DNA of 64,000 nt from Squalus acanthias (Eukaryota). The DNA lies in assembly GCA_030390025.1 (NCBI GenBank), contig CM059425.1, forward strand, positions 174,532,001 through 174,596,000. The letters are read 5' to 3'. The notes under the pieces are model-generated. The model saw only the letters and a list, made by a program, of their open reading frames with translations, was not told the DNA's origin and did not search any database. This document shows positions 12,743 through 25,226 of the stretch, one piece after another (position 1 is the stretch's first letter; each line of letters begins with the position of its first letter). A program made the position numbers and the translations under genes.

Positions 12743-13479
12743 AGATTGAGCAGCAGCAGAGAATGTGCTTTGTACTGACAGGCCTTCCAAGCACACTGAC
12801 CATCATTGCAGAGAGAATGGAGGAGTCCGCCTCAAGCATGAGTGGGTTGATGTTGCAGGGCATTGTGATGCTGTGTGCTTCCATGGATAGAGTGACCAGC
12901 TCCCTGAAACATCAAACGTTGCACTCAAATGAGTCTATGTATGTTTTGATCACGGCTGTGCAGGCTCTGGATGACAACATGTCTGACACCTTAAATAGGA
13001 TGACAGATACCTTAGCCCTTCCCGAGTCAGTACCCGACATGCTGCCTTGTCTCCCGATGGCCAAATCTGCCCCTGAACAGGTGCGGGTGGAGCAGTCTTT
13101 GGTGGAACTCTCACGGGCTCCAAAACCCAGAGGTCGTTAGCCAAGAGCATCTCAGCGGTCACAGCAGGGATCTGAGCAGCTTGCCTCTCCTCTGGTCAAG
13201 CCACAGGGGTTGCACCACGTAGCAGCGGAAGGAAAAGGGTATGCACATGGGTGTACACTGGGTGGTAAGTCACCTTTTAACTTGCTTGCTGATGTATGAA
13301 TGGGAAGACATGAATTGACAGGGACCAAATGGGGGGATGTGCAAGGGGTGGTTGGTAGTTTGCAGGACTGCTTTGTGTCAGTGGCATTAGCGGGGGCGGG
13401 AAGAGTGGCTGTTGCATGTGCTTCTGACATCAGTCCACTGGTGCAACCTAAGTGAGCCTTGCATGCGTAAGAATATACC

Positions 13480-14305
13480 TGGAATCCCAGCAGCAATGTG
13501 AGCAGTTGGTGCTGCATTTCCCTCATCACCTTCCTCCTCCTCGTCTTCATGCTCTCCTCTTCCTCTGAATCGTCCGAAGAGGCTCTGAGCACTGTGCCTT
13601 GTTCCTTCTGCAGGTCCAAACCTTGCTGCTGCGTGATGTTGCGCAGAGCACAGCACACCACGACCATTCTGGACAGTTTGGCTGGTGCGTACTGAAGGAC
13701 GCCTCCAGATCTGCCTCGGCACCTGAAGCGCATCTTCAGCATGCGGACAGCCTATTCATTCACACATCTGGTAGTCATATGGCATGCATTGTAGCGCTGT
13801 TAGGCTTCATTGGTCAGGTTTCTGACAGGTGTCATCAGCCAAGTTTGAAGTGGGTATCCCTTGTCTCCTGGCAGCCACCCCTCAAGTCTGCTTGCAGGTC
13901 CAAAGACGTCAGGGAGCTTGGACTGCTGCAGAACAAAAGAATCACGGCAGCTCCCCCGGATGGAGCAGAAGGCTTTGTGGTTGACGAATACTCCTGGTTG
14001 ATCTGAGGGTGCCCGGATTGCCACGTGTGTGCAGTCGGTGACTCCCTACACCTAGGAAGCTGCAGATGTCTGCCATCACCTGACGCGACAACCTGAGCCA
14101 CCTGAAACACTGCTGCTCAAACATGTCAAGGAAACTCAGCCTCTGCCTGTACAACATGTGTCACGAGTAGTGCCTCCTACGAACTGCACTCCTCTGCTGC
14201 CCTCTCTGCTGTCCACCTGCAGGTCTCTCAAGAGCAGGCTGTTGCTGCTGCTGGTGCTGGTCATCGTCTGAGGTCCAATCTAAGGCAGCCAAAGTGCTGA
14301 CCATC
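13480..14305 (-). pseudogene. Harbinger DDE transposase (HARBI1-like, DDE_Tnp_4), disrupted and internally deleted
   Basis: DCTHVAIRAP..FVNHKAF, GSCRDSFVL, WLPGDKGYPLQTWLMTP, LKMRFRC..SGGVLQYAP....VVCCALRN, acidic tail. Confidence 0.9.
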
Positions 14306-15355
14306 CTGCTGTGATTCAGAAAACCTCTAAAGTGTAGAAAGTAAACTCTCAGCAAATGTACTGTGAACAAACCCTTTCCCACGAGCAGGTAAGAAAGCAG
14401 CTATGAGTGCTGAGTATTTATTGCAGTATTTCCATTTAATTCAGCCCCCACAGTTGTGTTCTCACCTTACTTTCACGAACGAGTGTCAGGAAGCCCAGGA
14501 AACCCATGAATTGATAATTAAGTTTAAAAGTGAGTTGAAATATCCATCCAATTGAGCAATTAATCAAAAGGTAATAATCTCTGGATTACTACCTCAGCCA
14601 CGCGCAAATTGACATCAGGTCAAACAGATCAGAGAGTTGAATGGGCTGCGCACCTAAAAGAAAAATTAGAGGGAACGTTGGTTCAGATGAGGGGAAATTT
14701 ATAAATCTGAAGAGAAAAGTCAAGGCCATAGAGCAGTGTAGCGATTTGGTTAAAGATAAGCAGAGTGTGACAAGAAGGGAAAGTAAGTTTAACAGTAATA
14801 GTGCATTAGTGAATAAAGTCAAATCAGGGCAGAATGGAAAAAAGTTAAAATTAAAGGCTCTTTATCTGAATGCACGAAGCATTCCTAACAAGACAGATGA
14901 ATTAATGGCACTAATAGAGATAAATGGGTTTGATCCAATAGCCATTACAGAGATGTAGTTGCATGGTGACCAAGGTTGGGAACTAAATATTCCAGGGTAC
15001 CTGACATTTATTAACGACAGACAAAAATGGAAAAGGAGGCAGGTGTACCCCTGATAATAAAGGATGACATAAAGACAGTAGTGAGGAAGGATCTTGGCTC
15101 AAAAGTGCAGGAAGTAAAATCAGTATGGGTGGACATAAGAAATAATAAAGGGAAGAAAACACTGGTGGGAGTAGTTTACAGGCCCCCTAACAGTAGCTAT
15201 ACTGTTGGAAAGAGTATTAATCAAGAAATAAGAGGAGCTTGTAACAAAGGTAATGCAATAATCGTAGAAGACTTTAATCTTCATATAGACTGGACAAATC
15301 AAATTGGCAAAAGCACTTTGGAGGACAAGTTCATGGAATGCATTCCAGACAGTAC

Positions 15356-15847
15356 TGAAGAGGTTAAAAGTTAGATTAGCGGCTTAACTGACTAGCTGGA
15401 TGATGTAATAAAGGAGAAGTCTGGCAGAACAAAGACAGTTGGAAAAAGCATATTACACGATGATTGGGGGAGTAAAAGAAGGCAAGTAGGCCATACATTG
15501 AACAATGGGCCGCCAAGATGTGATTTGTGAAGATATGGTTAAGCGTACGTAAATTGGATGGAACAATAGCAGATGTGGAAACAAGGCAAATGAGATAAAC
15601 AAGATGTGTTTTGTGGAGATGTGATTAAGTGTACCTGACTTGGACAATTAATTGGCCAAGTCCCGAAGATGTGAAGGAAACAAGATGTAAGATTGTATAT
15701 AAGCCAACTGCTCAAATGTAAAAATTAGATTCCCGTCTCAGCTCAGACTGAGAGGGCCTCTCCCTGCACGTGCTTGAATAAAGATCGCTTGGAACTAGTA
15801 CATGCTCATCTCCGTCTGCTTTTGGGGCAGAGAGAAATCCCACAACA
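15356..15847 (+). mobile_element. Solo LTR (492 bp; ERV- or Gypsy-type)
   Basis: TG...CA termini, perfect 4-bp TSD GTAC, TATATAA at about 15697, AATAAA at 15777. The host CR1 rejoins across it. Confidence 0.85.
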
Positions 15848-17112
15848 GTACCTAGAGCAACACGTTGTGGAACCAACCAGGGAATACGCTATTTTAGATC
15901 TCGTCTTGTGTAATGAGACAGGGTTAACTAGTAATCTCACAGTAAGGGATCCTTTGGGGAAAGAGTGATAGATAGTATGATAGAATTTCACATTGAGTTT
16001 GAGAGTAGCGTTCTTTAATCCGAAACTAGAGTATTAAACTTAAATAAAGCAAATGGGGGGCGAGTTGGCTAAGGTAGATTGGGAAATTAGATTAAAAGTT
16101 ATGACAGTTATGTTGATATGAAGATTAAAAGCGACGGTGAACAAGAAATATTTCATAATTCAAGAAATATACATTCCATTGAGAAATAAAAACTCCATGG
16201 GAAAAGTGATCCATCCGTGGCTAACTAAAGATGTTAAGCATAGTATTAGATTAAAAGAAGAGGCTTATAATATTGCCAAGAGTAGTAAGCCTGAGGATTG
16301 GGAGAGTTTTAGAAACCAGCAAAGAATGACCAAAAAATTGATAAAGAAGGATATATGAGAGCAAACTAGCAAGAAATATAAAAACAGATGGTAAGAGCTT
16401 CTACAAGTATGTAAAAATGAAAAGAGTAGCGAAAGTAAACATGTGTCCCTTAGCAGCTGAGACAGGGGAAATTATAATAGGGAATAAGGAAATGGCAGAG
16501 ACGTTGAACAAATATTTTGTATCTGTTTTTACAGTAGAAGACACAAAAAACATACCAGAAATAGTGGTGAGCCAAGGGTCTAATGAGAGTGAGGAACTTA
16601 AAGTAATTAAGATCAGTAGAGAAAAAGTACTGGAGAAACTAATGGGACTAAAAGCTGATAAATCCCCTGGACCTGATGGCCTACATCCTAGGGTTCTAAA
16701 ATAAGTGGCTGCAGAGGTTGTGATCCTCCATAATTCCCTAGATTCTGGAACGGTCCCAGTGGTTTGGAAGGTAGCAAATGAAACACCGCTATTCAAGAAA
16801 GGAGGGAGAGAGAAAACAGGGAACTACAGGCCAGTCAGTCGTCGGGAAAATGCTGGAATCCATTATTAAGGAAGTGGTAACAGGGCATTTAAAAATAATA
16901 TGATTAGGCAGAGTCAAAATGGTTTTATGAAAGAGAAATCGTGTTTGACAAATTTATTAGCGTTATTTGAGAACGTAACTCGCAGGCTAGATAAAGGGGA
17001 ACCAGTGGGCATTCGATAAGGTGCCACAGGATAAGGGCTCATGGGGTTGTGGATAATATATTAGCATGGATAGAGGATTGGTTAAAAGGACAAAACAGAG
17101 TAGGAAAAAATA

Positions 17113-17510
17113 CTCGGCCCCCACTACATATATATACATTTTATCCCCCTTTTTGGTTCGTGCCTTTTTCCTTTTTTTTCTCTCTCTCCCCCTACAGCAG
17201 CTGTCTCTCATTCTGCCAGCATTTCACACTTCACCTTTTGTTTTTTAACCTGTCCCATTACCATCTCGTCTTGCCTTGAGCATCTCTTAATGTCTCTACT
17301 TACCATAGTTATCGCCCCCCCCCTCCCCCCAGCCTCCCCCTTGCATTTTTATCTGTTTCATTTCCTGCTCTTTTCTCAGTTCTGACGAAGGGTTTCGACC
17401 TGAAACGTTAACTCTGTTTCTCTCTCCACGGATGTTGCCTGGCCTGCTGAGTTTTTCCAGCGTTTTCTGTTGTTGTTTCAATTTTCCAGCATCCGCAGTA
17501 TTTTGCTATC
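17113..17510 (+). mobile_element. Penelope-like element terminal (pLTR/3') unit inserted alone
   Basis: Highly similar to 37213-37612; flanked by 13-bp TSD GTAGGAAAAAATA. Confidence 0.9.
17378..17413 (+). ncRNA. Minimal type I hammerhead ribozyme motif
   Basis: AGTT-CTGACGA-A-GGGT(TTCG)ACCT-GAAAC-GTT-AACT: intact CUGANGA/GAAA core, helix I AGUU/AACU, palindromic AACGTT helix III. Confidence 0.8.
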
Positions 17511-18829
17511 GTAGGAAAAAATAGGCCATTTCGAGGTAGGCAGGCTGTAACTAGTGGGGTGCTGCAAGGATCAGTGCTGGGGCCTCAGCTATTCACAATC
17601 TATATTAGTGACATAGATGAAGGAACCGAATGCAATGTATCCAAGTTTGCTGACAATACAAAGCTAGGTTGGAAAGTGAGCTGTGACGAGGACACAAAGA
17701 GTCTGCAAAGGGATATAGACAGGTTAAGTGAATGGGCAAGAAGGTGGCAGATGGCATATAATGTGGGGAAATGTGAGGTTATTCACTTTAATAGGAAGAA
17801 TAGAAAACAGAATATTTTTTAAATGGTGAGAAACTATTAAATGTTGGTGTTCAGAAGGATTTGGGTGTCCTTGTATACGAAACACAGAAAGTTAACGTAC
17901 AGTAAGCAATTCGGAAGCAATTAGGAATTGGTGAGATCACACCTGGAGTACTGTGCACAGTTTTGGTCTCCGTACCTAAGGAAAGATATACTTGCCTTAG
18001 AGAGGGTGCAACGAAGGTTCACTAGATTGATTGCTGGGATGAGAGGGTTGTCCTATGATGAGAGATTGAGTAGATTGGGCCTGTAGGAGTTTAGAAGAAT
18101 GGAAGGTGATCTGACTGAAACATACAAGTTTCCTACAGGGTCGATGCTGAGAGGTTGTTTCCCCCAGCTGGAGAGTCTAGAACTGGGGGCAAAGTCTCAG
18201 GATAAGGGGTCGGCCATTTAGGACTGAGATAAAGGAGAAATTTCTTCATTCGGACGGTTGTGAATATTTGGAATTCTCTACCCCAGAGGGCTGTGGATGC
18301 TCAGTCATTGAGTATATTCAAGGCTGAGATCAATAGATTTTTTTGGACTCTAAGGGAATCAAGCGATATGGGGATCAGGCAGGAAAGTGGAGTTGAGGTC
18401 AAAGATCAGCCATGGTCTTATTGAATGGCAGAGCAGGCTCGAGAGGCCGTATGGCCTACTCCTGCTCCTATTTCTTATGTTTCTTATGATTAAGATATGT
18501 TAATAGGCAACCTGCCTCTCCCAAGAGGGTTTTGCGCAAGCAACCTAAAGCGCTCGAGTTAAACGCAGAAGTCGGCGGGTTGTAGCCGGCTTCCTGACAC
18601 GCTCGTATTTTTGACGGATTAAACAACCCACCCGCACCCAAACCCAAGTGCTCCTCCAGGTTAAAATTCCCTTCACTGTGTCCGGTTGCTATGGCCATGG
18701 AGAAGGTACAGAAGAGACTTACTAAGATGAGAGGTTTTAGCTATGAGGAGACACGACAGAAACTCTAGAAAACCCAAAAATGCTGTTGGCATTTTATGGC
18801 TTTATTTACCTGTACTTGCACTTTCAAAA

Positions 18830-19170
18830 ATTATGTATTTGAAGCCCTAGGTTTCTCTGTCCATTCACATTGAGTGTATACTCCCATTACTTGGTTTTTC
18901 TCCAAAATATCACCTCACACTTACCCATATTAGATTGTATCTCCAACCTGTATAACCCATTCAGCTAAACTTTTTTCTGAAGTCTATTATAGTTTACCTT
19001 GCTGTTAGCCAAACTATTTTTGTGTCATCAGCAAATTTCACGATTGTGTTACCAAGTAAATTTAATCAGTATATACTGGGAACAAAAGTAGACACAGCAC
19101 TGACCCCTGGGGCACACCACTTCTAACCTTCTCCAATCCAAAAAACACCCCTTTAATATGACATGTTTTG
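18830..19170 (-). mobile_element. Old CR1 RT fragment
   Basis: Reverse complement gives GVPQGSVL and KFADDTK. Confidence 0.7.
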
Positions 19171-19415
19171 CCACCGACTTCTATGATGGTCTACGTTTCA
19201 GTGACATAAAACATGCTTTAAATTTTTAATGCTCACAGCGAGATTTAATTCCTCGAATGCACTGCAATACAGCTCTGCTTTTCTGAACCACTGTAAAATC
19301 TCAAGCAGACGAATACCTACCATTTATGAATTTTTATATATTTATAAAATGGCTTGTGATCTAAACCTAAATTACCAAACGAATGACTGTGCAAAATAAT
19401 TTTGCCAAAGACATT

Positions 19416-19880
19416 GGCCTACAAATTCGTTGGCATACACTCATTTTGACAGGCATAAAACGGGCACCCAAGTGGCCAATATGGTGGGTGGTGCACGTCT
19501 AGCCCGTGCCAGAAGTGTACTATCCACCATAATGGATCGGGCTCCCCTGTAGGCATCCAGCACAAGTCAGAAGTATGTTAAACAGTAACATAAGCAGCAT
19601 CAGAAAACCTGCGTGCCCTGTCCTGACCCCTTGCAGCCAATTTTTTCAATTTCCAAAGTTTCCCTGTTGTCTGCAGCATGAGTGTACCTCCCCTTTAAGA
19701 AGTTGGTTGCTTTTAAGTTGCATCAGATACCCGCCCACCCCCATAGGCGTGCAACCATGGAATAGCACGGGTCGCGCTGGCTGCGTAACTGAATCATTTT
19801 AATTAGGTTCAAGCACGGATTTCACGTGGTCACAGTGCCCCCTGCACACCCATTTACAGGCGCGATCAAATATCTCAGCC
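19416..19880. mobile_element. Old Harbinger-type MITE
   Basis: Imperfect TIRs GGCCTACAAATT / AATATCTCAGCC; 3-bp TSD ATT; GC-rich island in AT-rich DNA. Confidence 0.55.
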
Positions 19881-21269
19881 ATTATATTTATGGTGTTCAC
19901 AATAGTAACTTTTCTTCAGTTTAAAATAGAGGGTGTGTATATACTTGATTTAAATAGTTACAAATACACCGGTGCTTAAATCAAAGTACATCACTACAAT
20001 CAACAGCCTGTGCTATCTCTTCAAACCTTCAGCCTTCAAACTTTAAGTCTGTAAGCCTCTAGGTATTTATTGGACTATCTAAAAAGCAACATTAATTCTC
20101 CTATTGCCAACAATAATCTTGAAGCCTTAAGCACAATCTCTTGTTGCTTTTATTTAGTTCTGCATTACATCAAGTGATTTGGGAGTTGAAAGAAGATTCA
20201 AGTATTTATTAAACTTTAAGGTTTGTTTTCCTGCTGGTTCTGTTTCTGGGAAAGAAAAATATTTTCAGGCACATACTCTGCAAAATAATGCTGAATTTTT
20301 GTCGTTCAAACCATGTTGATGTCCCTTGTAATGTTCTGCAATCCATTTTGTGTACGGCAACAGCTAAATAAGGATGGCTTATATTGTGGCAAAGCAAGAA
20401 CTCAAAAAGACTACATAACTACCACTGATATATTAAAAGCAGATATGCAGGAACCCTGTGCAAGGTAATAGATTCAGGATACCCAGGATGAACGTGCATC
20501 ATTGCATCTCAAAAATTTCTTTGTCTCATATACAATCCATATCGTCAGATGTAGCGCATAAAAGTTTTCTATTTCTCTTTATCTTCTGCGCCAACCCCAA
20601 ACCTCTTTTTCAATTGCAGATACTGAACAAATGTATTGGACTGGATTTAATTCAGCTTTATTAGCTTCAAATATGCAGGACACTGAAGCACAAAGATCTG
20701 ATGCCGAGAAAATAACATGTTAGCTGGTAGGAAAAAATCAGAATTGTAGCTGTGGGAAAACGAGATCACAGTTTGAAAAGACAAGTCTACGGTCCAGGGA
20801 ATCAGGAATGGTCTGAAATGCAGCTTTGTAGTTAACATGTGTACCTTATGAACTGCAACAATCAAAGCTTCAAAGCTTCAGATCTTCTTTACAGCTCCAA
20901 CATTTTTCTTGAACTCTTATGAGAGATCAATTCACTGACTTCAAATATGTGCCCTCCAAAAATAAATCTGTTCATCTACAGTTCATTTCTGAGGTTTCTG
21001 CTGATAACAATCCCAAATTAGGACCAAGTCCGGGTGGTGTTGTGAATGATGTGAACTGAGCTACTCATATGTTTCTCTGTTTCTTTATTTATTTTTACAA
21101 AATTGTTTACGACTCCACAGCAATACTGGATCCAAAGGTATACAGTAAGTTTGCCCTTCATAATGCTGTTTAAATCTGTTGCCAGCCAAATAGGCTTGTA
21201 ATGCAAGGCAGGACAATGCTATTTAAAGCCAAAAATTCTGATATACAAGACCTTTTTAGGGACACAGAA

Positions 21270-21835
21270 CAAAAAATGAATGATAAATTTGTATAAAGTA
21301 TTGGGTAGGCCACAATTAAGTACTTTGTGCAGTTTTGGGTGCCCCATTATAGAAAGGACATTAAAGCTATAAAGAGCGTACACTAGGATGATGCCAGGAA
21401 TGGGAAACTATGGTTATGAGGAAGGACTTGAGATACTGGTACTATTTCCAGTAGAGAAGATTAAGACAATATTTAATTGAGGTTTTTAAAATTATGAATG
21501 AATAGGGAAAGGCTATTTCCTCTGGTTGGGAAGTCAGTGACAAATAGACATCAAGTTAAAATTATCACAGAGAGTGAGGAGAGAGATTAGGATAAAGTTC
21601 TTTATGCAGAGGGCTGTTGGAGCTGAGAATACTTTACCTAAGGATTTAGTTGAGGCAGAGACTACTGTATCTTTTATGGGAAAATTGGCTAAATACATGA
21701 AGCATGTGAAGCTACAGAGCTAAAAGGCGAGAGCAAGGCACTGGGATTAGTTGTGGACTGCTCCAGTGAAGAGTTGTCATAGACATGATGGGACAAACGG
21801 CCTTCTATGTGCTTTAAACTTCTATGGTTCTAGGA
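21270..21835 (+). mobile_element. Old CR1 3' fragment
   Basis: Decayed YKVLGRPQL.Y.VQFW motif; TTCTATG tail. Confidence 0.75.
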
Positions 21836-22169
21836 GTCTTATGCTCGTTCTTTATTGTTTTTATTAAACAAACCCACAAAAATACATTCATGTCTTTGAT
21901 ACCTTTTACAAAATGGCCAGCAATGGGTTAACACTCAGAACATTCTTGGAGACAGGTTATACTGGAATTTCTCAGTGAAAACTGCTGACTGTAATTGTAC
22001 TATTGTTAGGAAGGACCAATATCTGAAACCTAATCTCATATATGAGTACAAGAACTGCAGCAGTTCAGGAGAATGGTCACCACCACCTTCTCAGGGCAAC
22101 TATGGTTAGGCAATAAATATGACCTAGCCAGCATTGCCCATATTCCAAGAACAAATATTTTTTTTAATT

Positions 22170-22545
22170 GGGTACGGTGGTAGAGTGGTTATGGTATTGG
22201 ATGTGCAATCATAAGCTCAAATCCTACCATGGAAAGTTGTAAAACTGAATTCTGTACATCTGGTACTAGAAAAATGATCATGAAAGCTGCCAGATTGTCT
22301 CAAAAATTTAACTGTCTGACTAATGTCCTTCAGGAAAGGAAAACTGGCATCTATACCTAGTCTTGACAACACGTGAATCTAATACCACTCTATATGGTTA
22401 ACTTTTAAACTATCTCTGTAATGGCCTAGCAAGTTGCTCAGTTGTAAAAACAATCACTATGGCCCACCACCACATTCTCAGGATAACAAGGGATGGGCAA
22501 GAGATGCGGACTTGCCAGTGTTATCCACATTCCATGAACAATTAA
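22170..22545 (+). mobile_element. tRNA-headed MetaSINE-like element with LINE family-B 3' tail
   Basis: A box TGGTAGAGTGG, B-box-like AGCTCAAATCC, core CTAATGTCCTTCAGGAAAGGAAA, tail CACCACCAC.TTCTCAGG...GGGATGGGCA. Another tail fragment lies at 22045-22160. Confidence 0.7.
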
Positions 22546-23019
22546 CCTCACATATAACATGCTTTGAAAAGCTTAAAGGAGTTTTACAGCAAGGACTACT
22601 CAGGCACTACAACTGAGGCTAATCCTGTCCTTACCTGAGAGGGCAGATAGAAAAGTTACATTTATATAGCGCTTTATCACATTGTTGCTTCACACACTAT
22701 TCAATACTTTGGCGTGCAGTAACAGGTATGCAGGAAATGTTACATTCTCAGAAGTTTCTGAAAACATTCAAGGATCATTTCAAAAAGGATCATCCAGAAT
22801 CTACCTGGATTGTACGGGATTTGGAAAAAAGTCAAGAAGTTTGGTGAAGGTAATAATTTTTTTTTTTTTTTAAGAAACATGCCACAAAATTACTAGATGC
22901 AGTATAAAATAAATTGCTTTCTAGTGAAGAAAAAGTTTGTAGGTGACGAGCAAACAGGATAAATAACCTTCCGAGCCTCCAATCAGATTTTTGCCCTTAC
23001 AACAGCACCAAAATGGCCT

Positions 23020-24260
23020 TAAACAAATAATTCTCTGTAACTTTGACCATGGTGCATTATTCCTCCTCACCTTCTGTACAACCAAAGGCATGGTTAACCA
23101 CATCATCCTTCTCCAATATCTCTCCTCTGTTGTCCAGCTCAATGGGAATGCCTTCTCTTACCTATCCAATTGTAGCCAGATCATCTCCAGCAATGGCTTC
23201 TCTTCCCACCTCCGGAGTCCTCCTTCTCCTCCTCATCTACATGCTGCCCCTTGGTGACATCATCAGCAGATATGGGGTAAGCATCCACAGGTATATGCTG
23301 TTGACATTCTGCTCTACCTCTCTACCAGTTCTCTCGATTCCTCCACTGTCTCTGTGCTGTCAGATTGTTTGCCTGGCATCCAGTCTTTGATGAGCCACAA
23401 TTTATTTCAGTTAAATATTGTGAAGACTATAGCCATTGTCTTCAGCCTCCACCACAAACTCCATACCATTGCCACCGATTCCATCCTCAACCTTGGCCAC
23501 TGTCTTTGGCTGAACCAGACTGTAGGCAACCTTGGCATCCTATTCAACCCTAAGCTGAGCTGCCAACCCCATATTTTCTCCATCATAAAGACTGACTACT
23601 TCACCTCCGTAACATCAACTGCGTCCACCAGTGCCTCAGTCCAGCTGCCGCTAAAACCTTTATCCACTCCTTTGTCACCTCCAGACTCCACTATTCCATT
23701 GCTCTCCTGGCCAGCCTCCCCCCAGCCTTCAACCTCCTCAAATTTCAGCTCATCCAAAACTATGCCCTTTGTATCCTATCCTGCACCAAGTCCTGCTCAC
23801 CTATCACCCCTGTCCTCGCTAACTTACAAATTAATCCAGTCCACCAATATCTCCAATTTAAAATTCTCATCATCGTGTTTAAATCCACTCATGGCCTCGC
23901 CCTTCCCCATTTCTGTGACTACCTCCAGCCATGCAAACCACTCCCCCACCCCGCCACCTCCAACTCTCCACTCTCCTGACCCTCGACTCTTGTGAATGAC
24001 ACCTTGCCACCCCCCCACAATATCACTGGGGCCGTGCCTTCAGGGTCCCACGCTCTGCAATTCCCTCTCTAAAATCCTCCGCCTCTCCACATAACTCTCC
24101 TCCTTTAAGACCCTACTTAAAGCCTACCTTTTTGGCCAAGCTCTTTGTTACCCATAATATTTCCTTCTTTGGCTCAGTATCCATTTTCTTATTGGACCTC
24201 TGAGAAGTGTTTTGAGACATTTTTCTATGTTAAAGGCATTATACAAATGCAAGTTGTTGT
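23020..24260 (+). mobile_element. L2 LINE 3' fragment
   Basis: LIYMLPLGDIISRYG, LFQLNIVKT, NLGILFNPKLS; tail ATACAAATGCAAGTTGTTG. Confidence 0.85.
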
Positions 24261-24319
24261 ATTTACAAAAAGTTCCGTCAAAAAACAAAAGATCGAGCTC
24301 CCCTGATAGCTGCATGGGT

Positions 24320-24860
24320 AACACACCATGGGGAACTGAACCATGCAGTGCAGGATGGTCTCAGGTCGGATTCCTATTTATGCTGAGGCTCAACATATTT
24401 ATGTCTAATCTCAGTGGTGAAATGCTAAAATTGGCCATGGCACTCTGGGGGCAGGGTGTAAACTCCATATCTATTGGTCAGTTACTTGAAATTGTGCATT
24501 TATGGAGATTGCAGGGGGACAGGATTGTGCCCAGCTACAATGAACAGGAACACTCACTGTCCCGATGCATACATAAAGAATTGATTGACGGACTTCCAGT
24601 GCCCATAGAAACATATCCAAAAATGTTAAAAACCTTCCAGTCAATTTCATTTCTCTCAACATTTCTCTCCTCCCATTCCCTTCTCTCCTGATGGAATTGA
24701 TCCTCCTATTAAGCTATAGCTTCAGGGAAGCTTGTCACCCTACAGTAACTCGTCTAAGTAGACATTATTCATGTGTGAGTGATGACAATGCATGCCCGAG
24801 GCTATCCAACTGTGGAGGATATCACAGCTGAGCCCAATTTAGTGCTCACCTGGCATCCAA
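24320..24860. mobile_element. Two decayed AmnSINE2-like SINEs, tail-to-tail (+ about 24320-24630; - about 24640-24860)
   Basis: Motifs GGACAGGAT, CACTCACTGTC and CACACATGAA shared with copies at 28560 and 55565. Confidence 0.55.
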
Positions 24861-25179
24861 AGTTTTTTTTAAAAAATATTGTTGACAACTGAACTTACAG
24901 CTCTGATCAGAAAACTCACAAAATCTCTTAAGCCTATTTAAGCTATTTTGCCTGCTACAAAATAGACAGTTTTCTTCATGTTTTAGTCTCAAATATTTTG
25001 TGGATCCGAATTTGGAGAAATTACGATATGAATATTTGTTTTACTGGTGAGTTGTTGAGTGTAGTCATTTTATTTATAACTTCAGTGACTGTACATAAAA
25101 TTGCAATATCCTTCACAGGGGCATCCACTTTAATATTCCCCTTTCCCACTAGCAATACAGAGAAATCAGGATGACTCAC

Positions 25180-25226
25180 CTTACTGTACATGGAATCTCA
25201 CCTTCCACATGATTTACAATTCCTGC
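25180..25226 (-). CDS. Candidate internal coding exon (47 nt; AGIVNHVEGEIPCTV-R)
   Basis: TGCTTTATAG|GCAGGA...GTAAG|GTGAGT: consensus donor and open frame. The phase-2 end joins the exon at 3390 to give AGA (Arg). Lies in unique sequence. Confidence 0.45.

Larger units (their letters stand above)
10947..13250 (+). pseudogene. Harbinger Myb/SANT-like DNA-binding protein gene (three exons, disrupted)
   Basis: LRFNDTSLDVLL..VRSRRE..FP..KKVWVEVVEEVSSRSVVPHSWIQSRKRFNDL; exon 2 KKRAQNTRERERTRGGPP...LTNAEEEALEI (about 11482-11641); exon 3 from about 11797, split by a SINE. Confidence 0.8.
14665..18488 (+). mobile_element. Near-complete CR1 ORF2 (APE endonuclease + RT + 3' UTR), decayed, with two nested inserts
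   Basis: LYLNARSI..IAITE, VYRPPNS, DFNLH, LDLVLCNE, KSPGPDGLHPRVLK, QGSVLGP, KFAD; (TTCTTATG) tail. Confidence 0.92.
10670..18674. mobile_element. Decayed autonomous-type PIF/Harbinger transposon with nested insertions
   Basis: Convergent Myb/SANT and DDE genes. Ends GGCCCCGACATTAACTCGGAG and CTCCAGGTTAAAATTCCCTTC. 3-bp TSD ATT/ACT within a CR1 that rejoins across it. Confidence 0.8.

Noticed and set aside
13480..14305. Domesticated HARBI1 host gene
   Set aside because: Stops, frameshifts and deletions, and it is paired with a Myb gene inside transposon ends.
20160..21200. Possible coding relic in a unique stretch
   Set aside because: The frames I translated are interrupted, with no motif I recognise.
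22752..22849. Plus-strand AG...GT exon-like segment (KFLKTFKDHFKK...)
   Set aside because: Weak pyrimidine tract, no partner exon, no recognisable protein, and opposite to the better-supported gene model.
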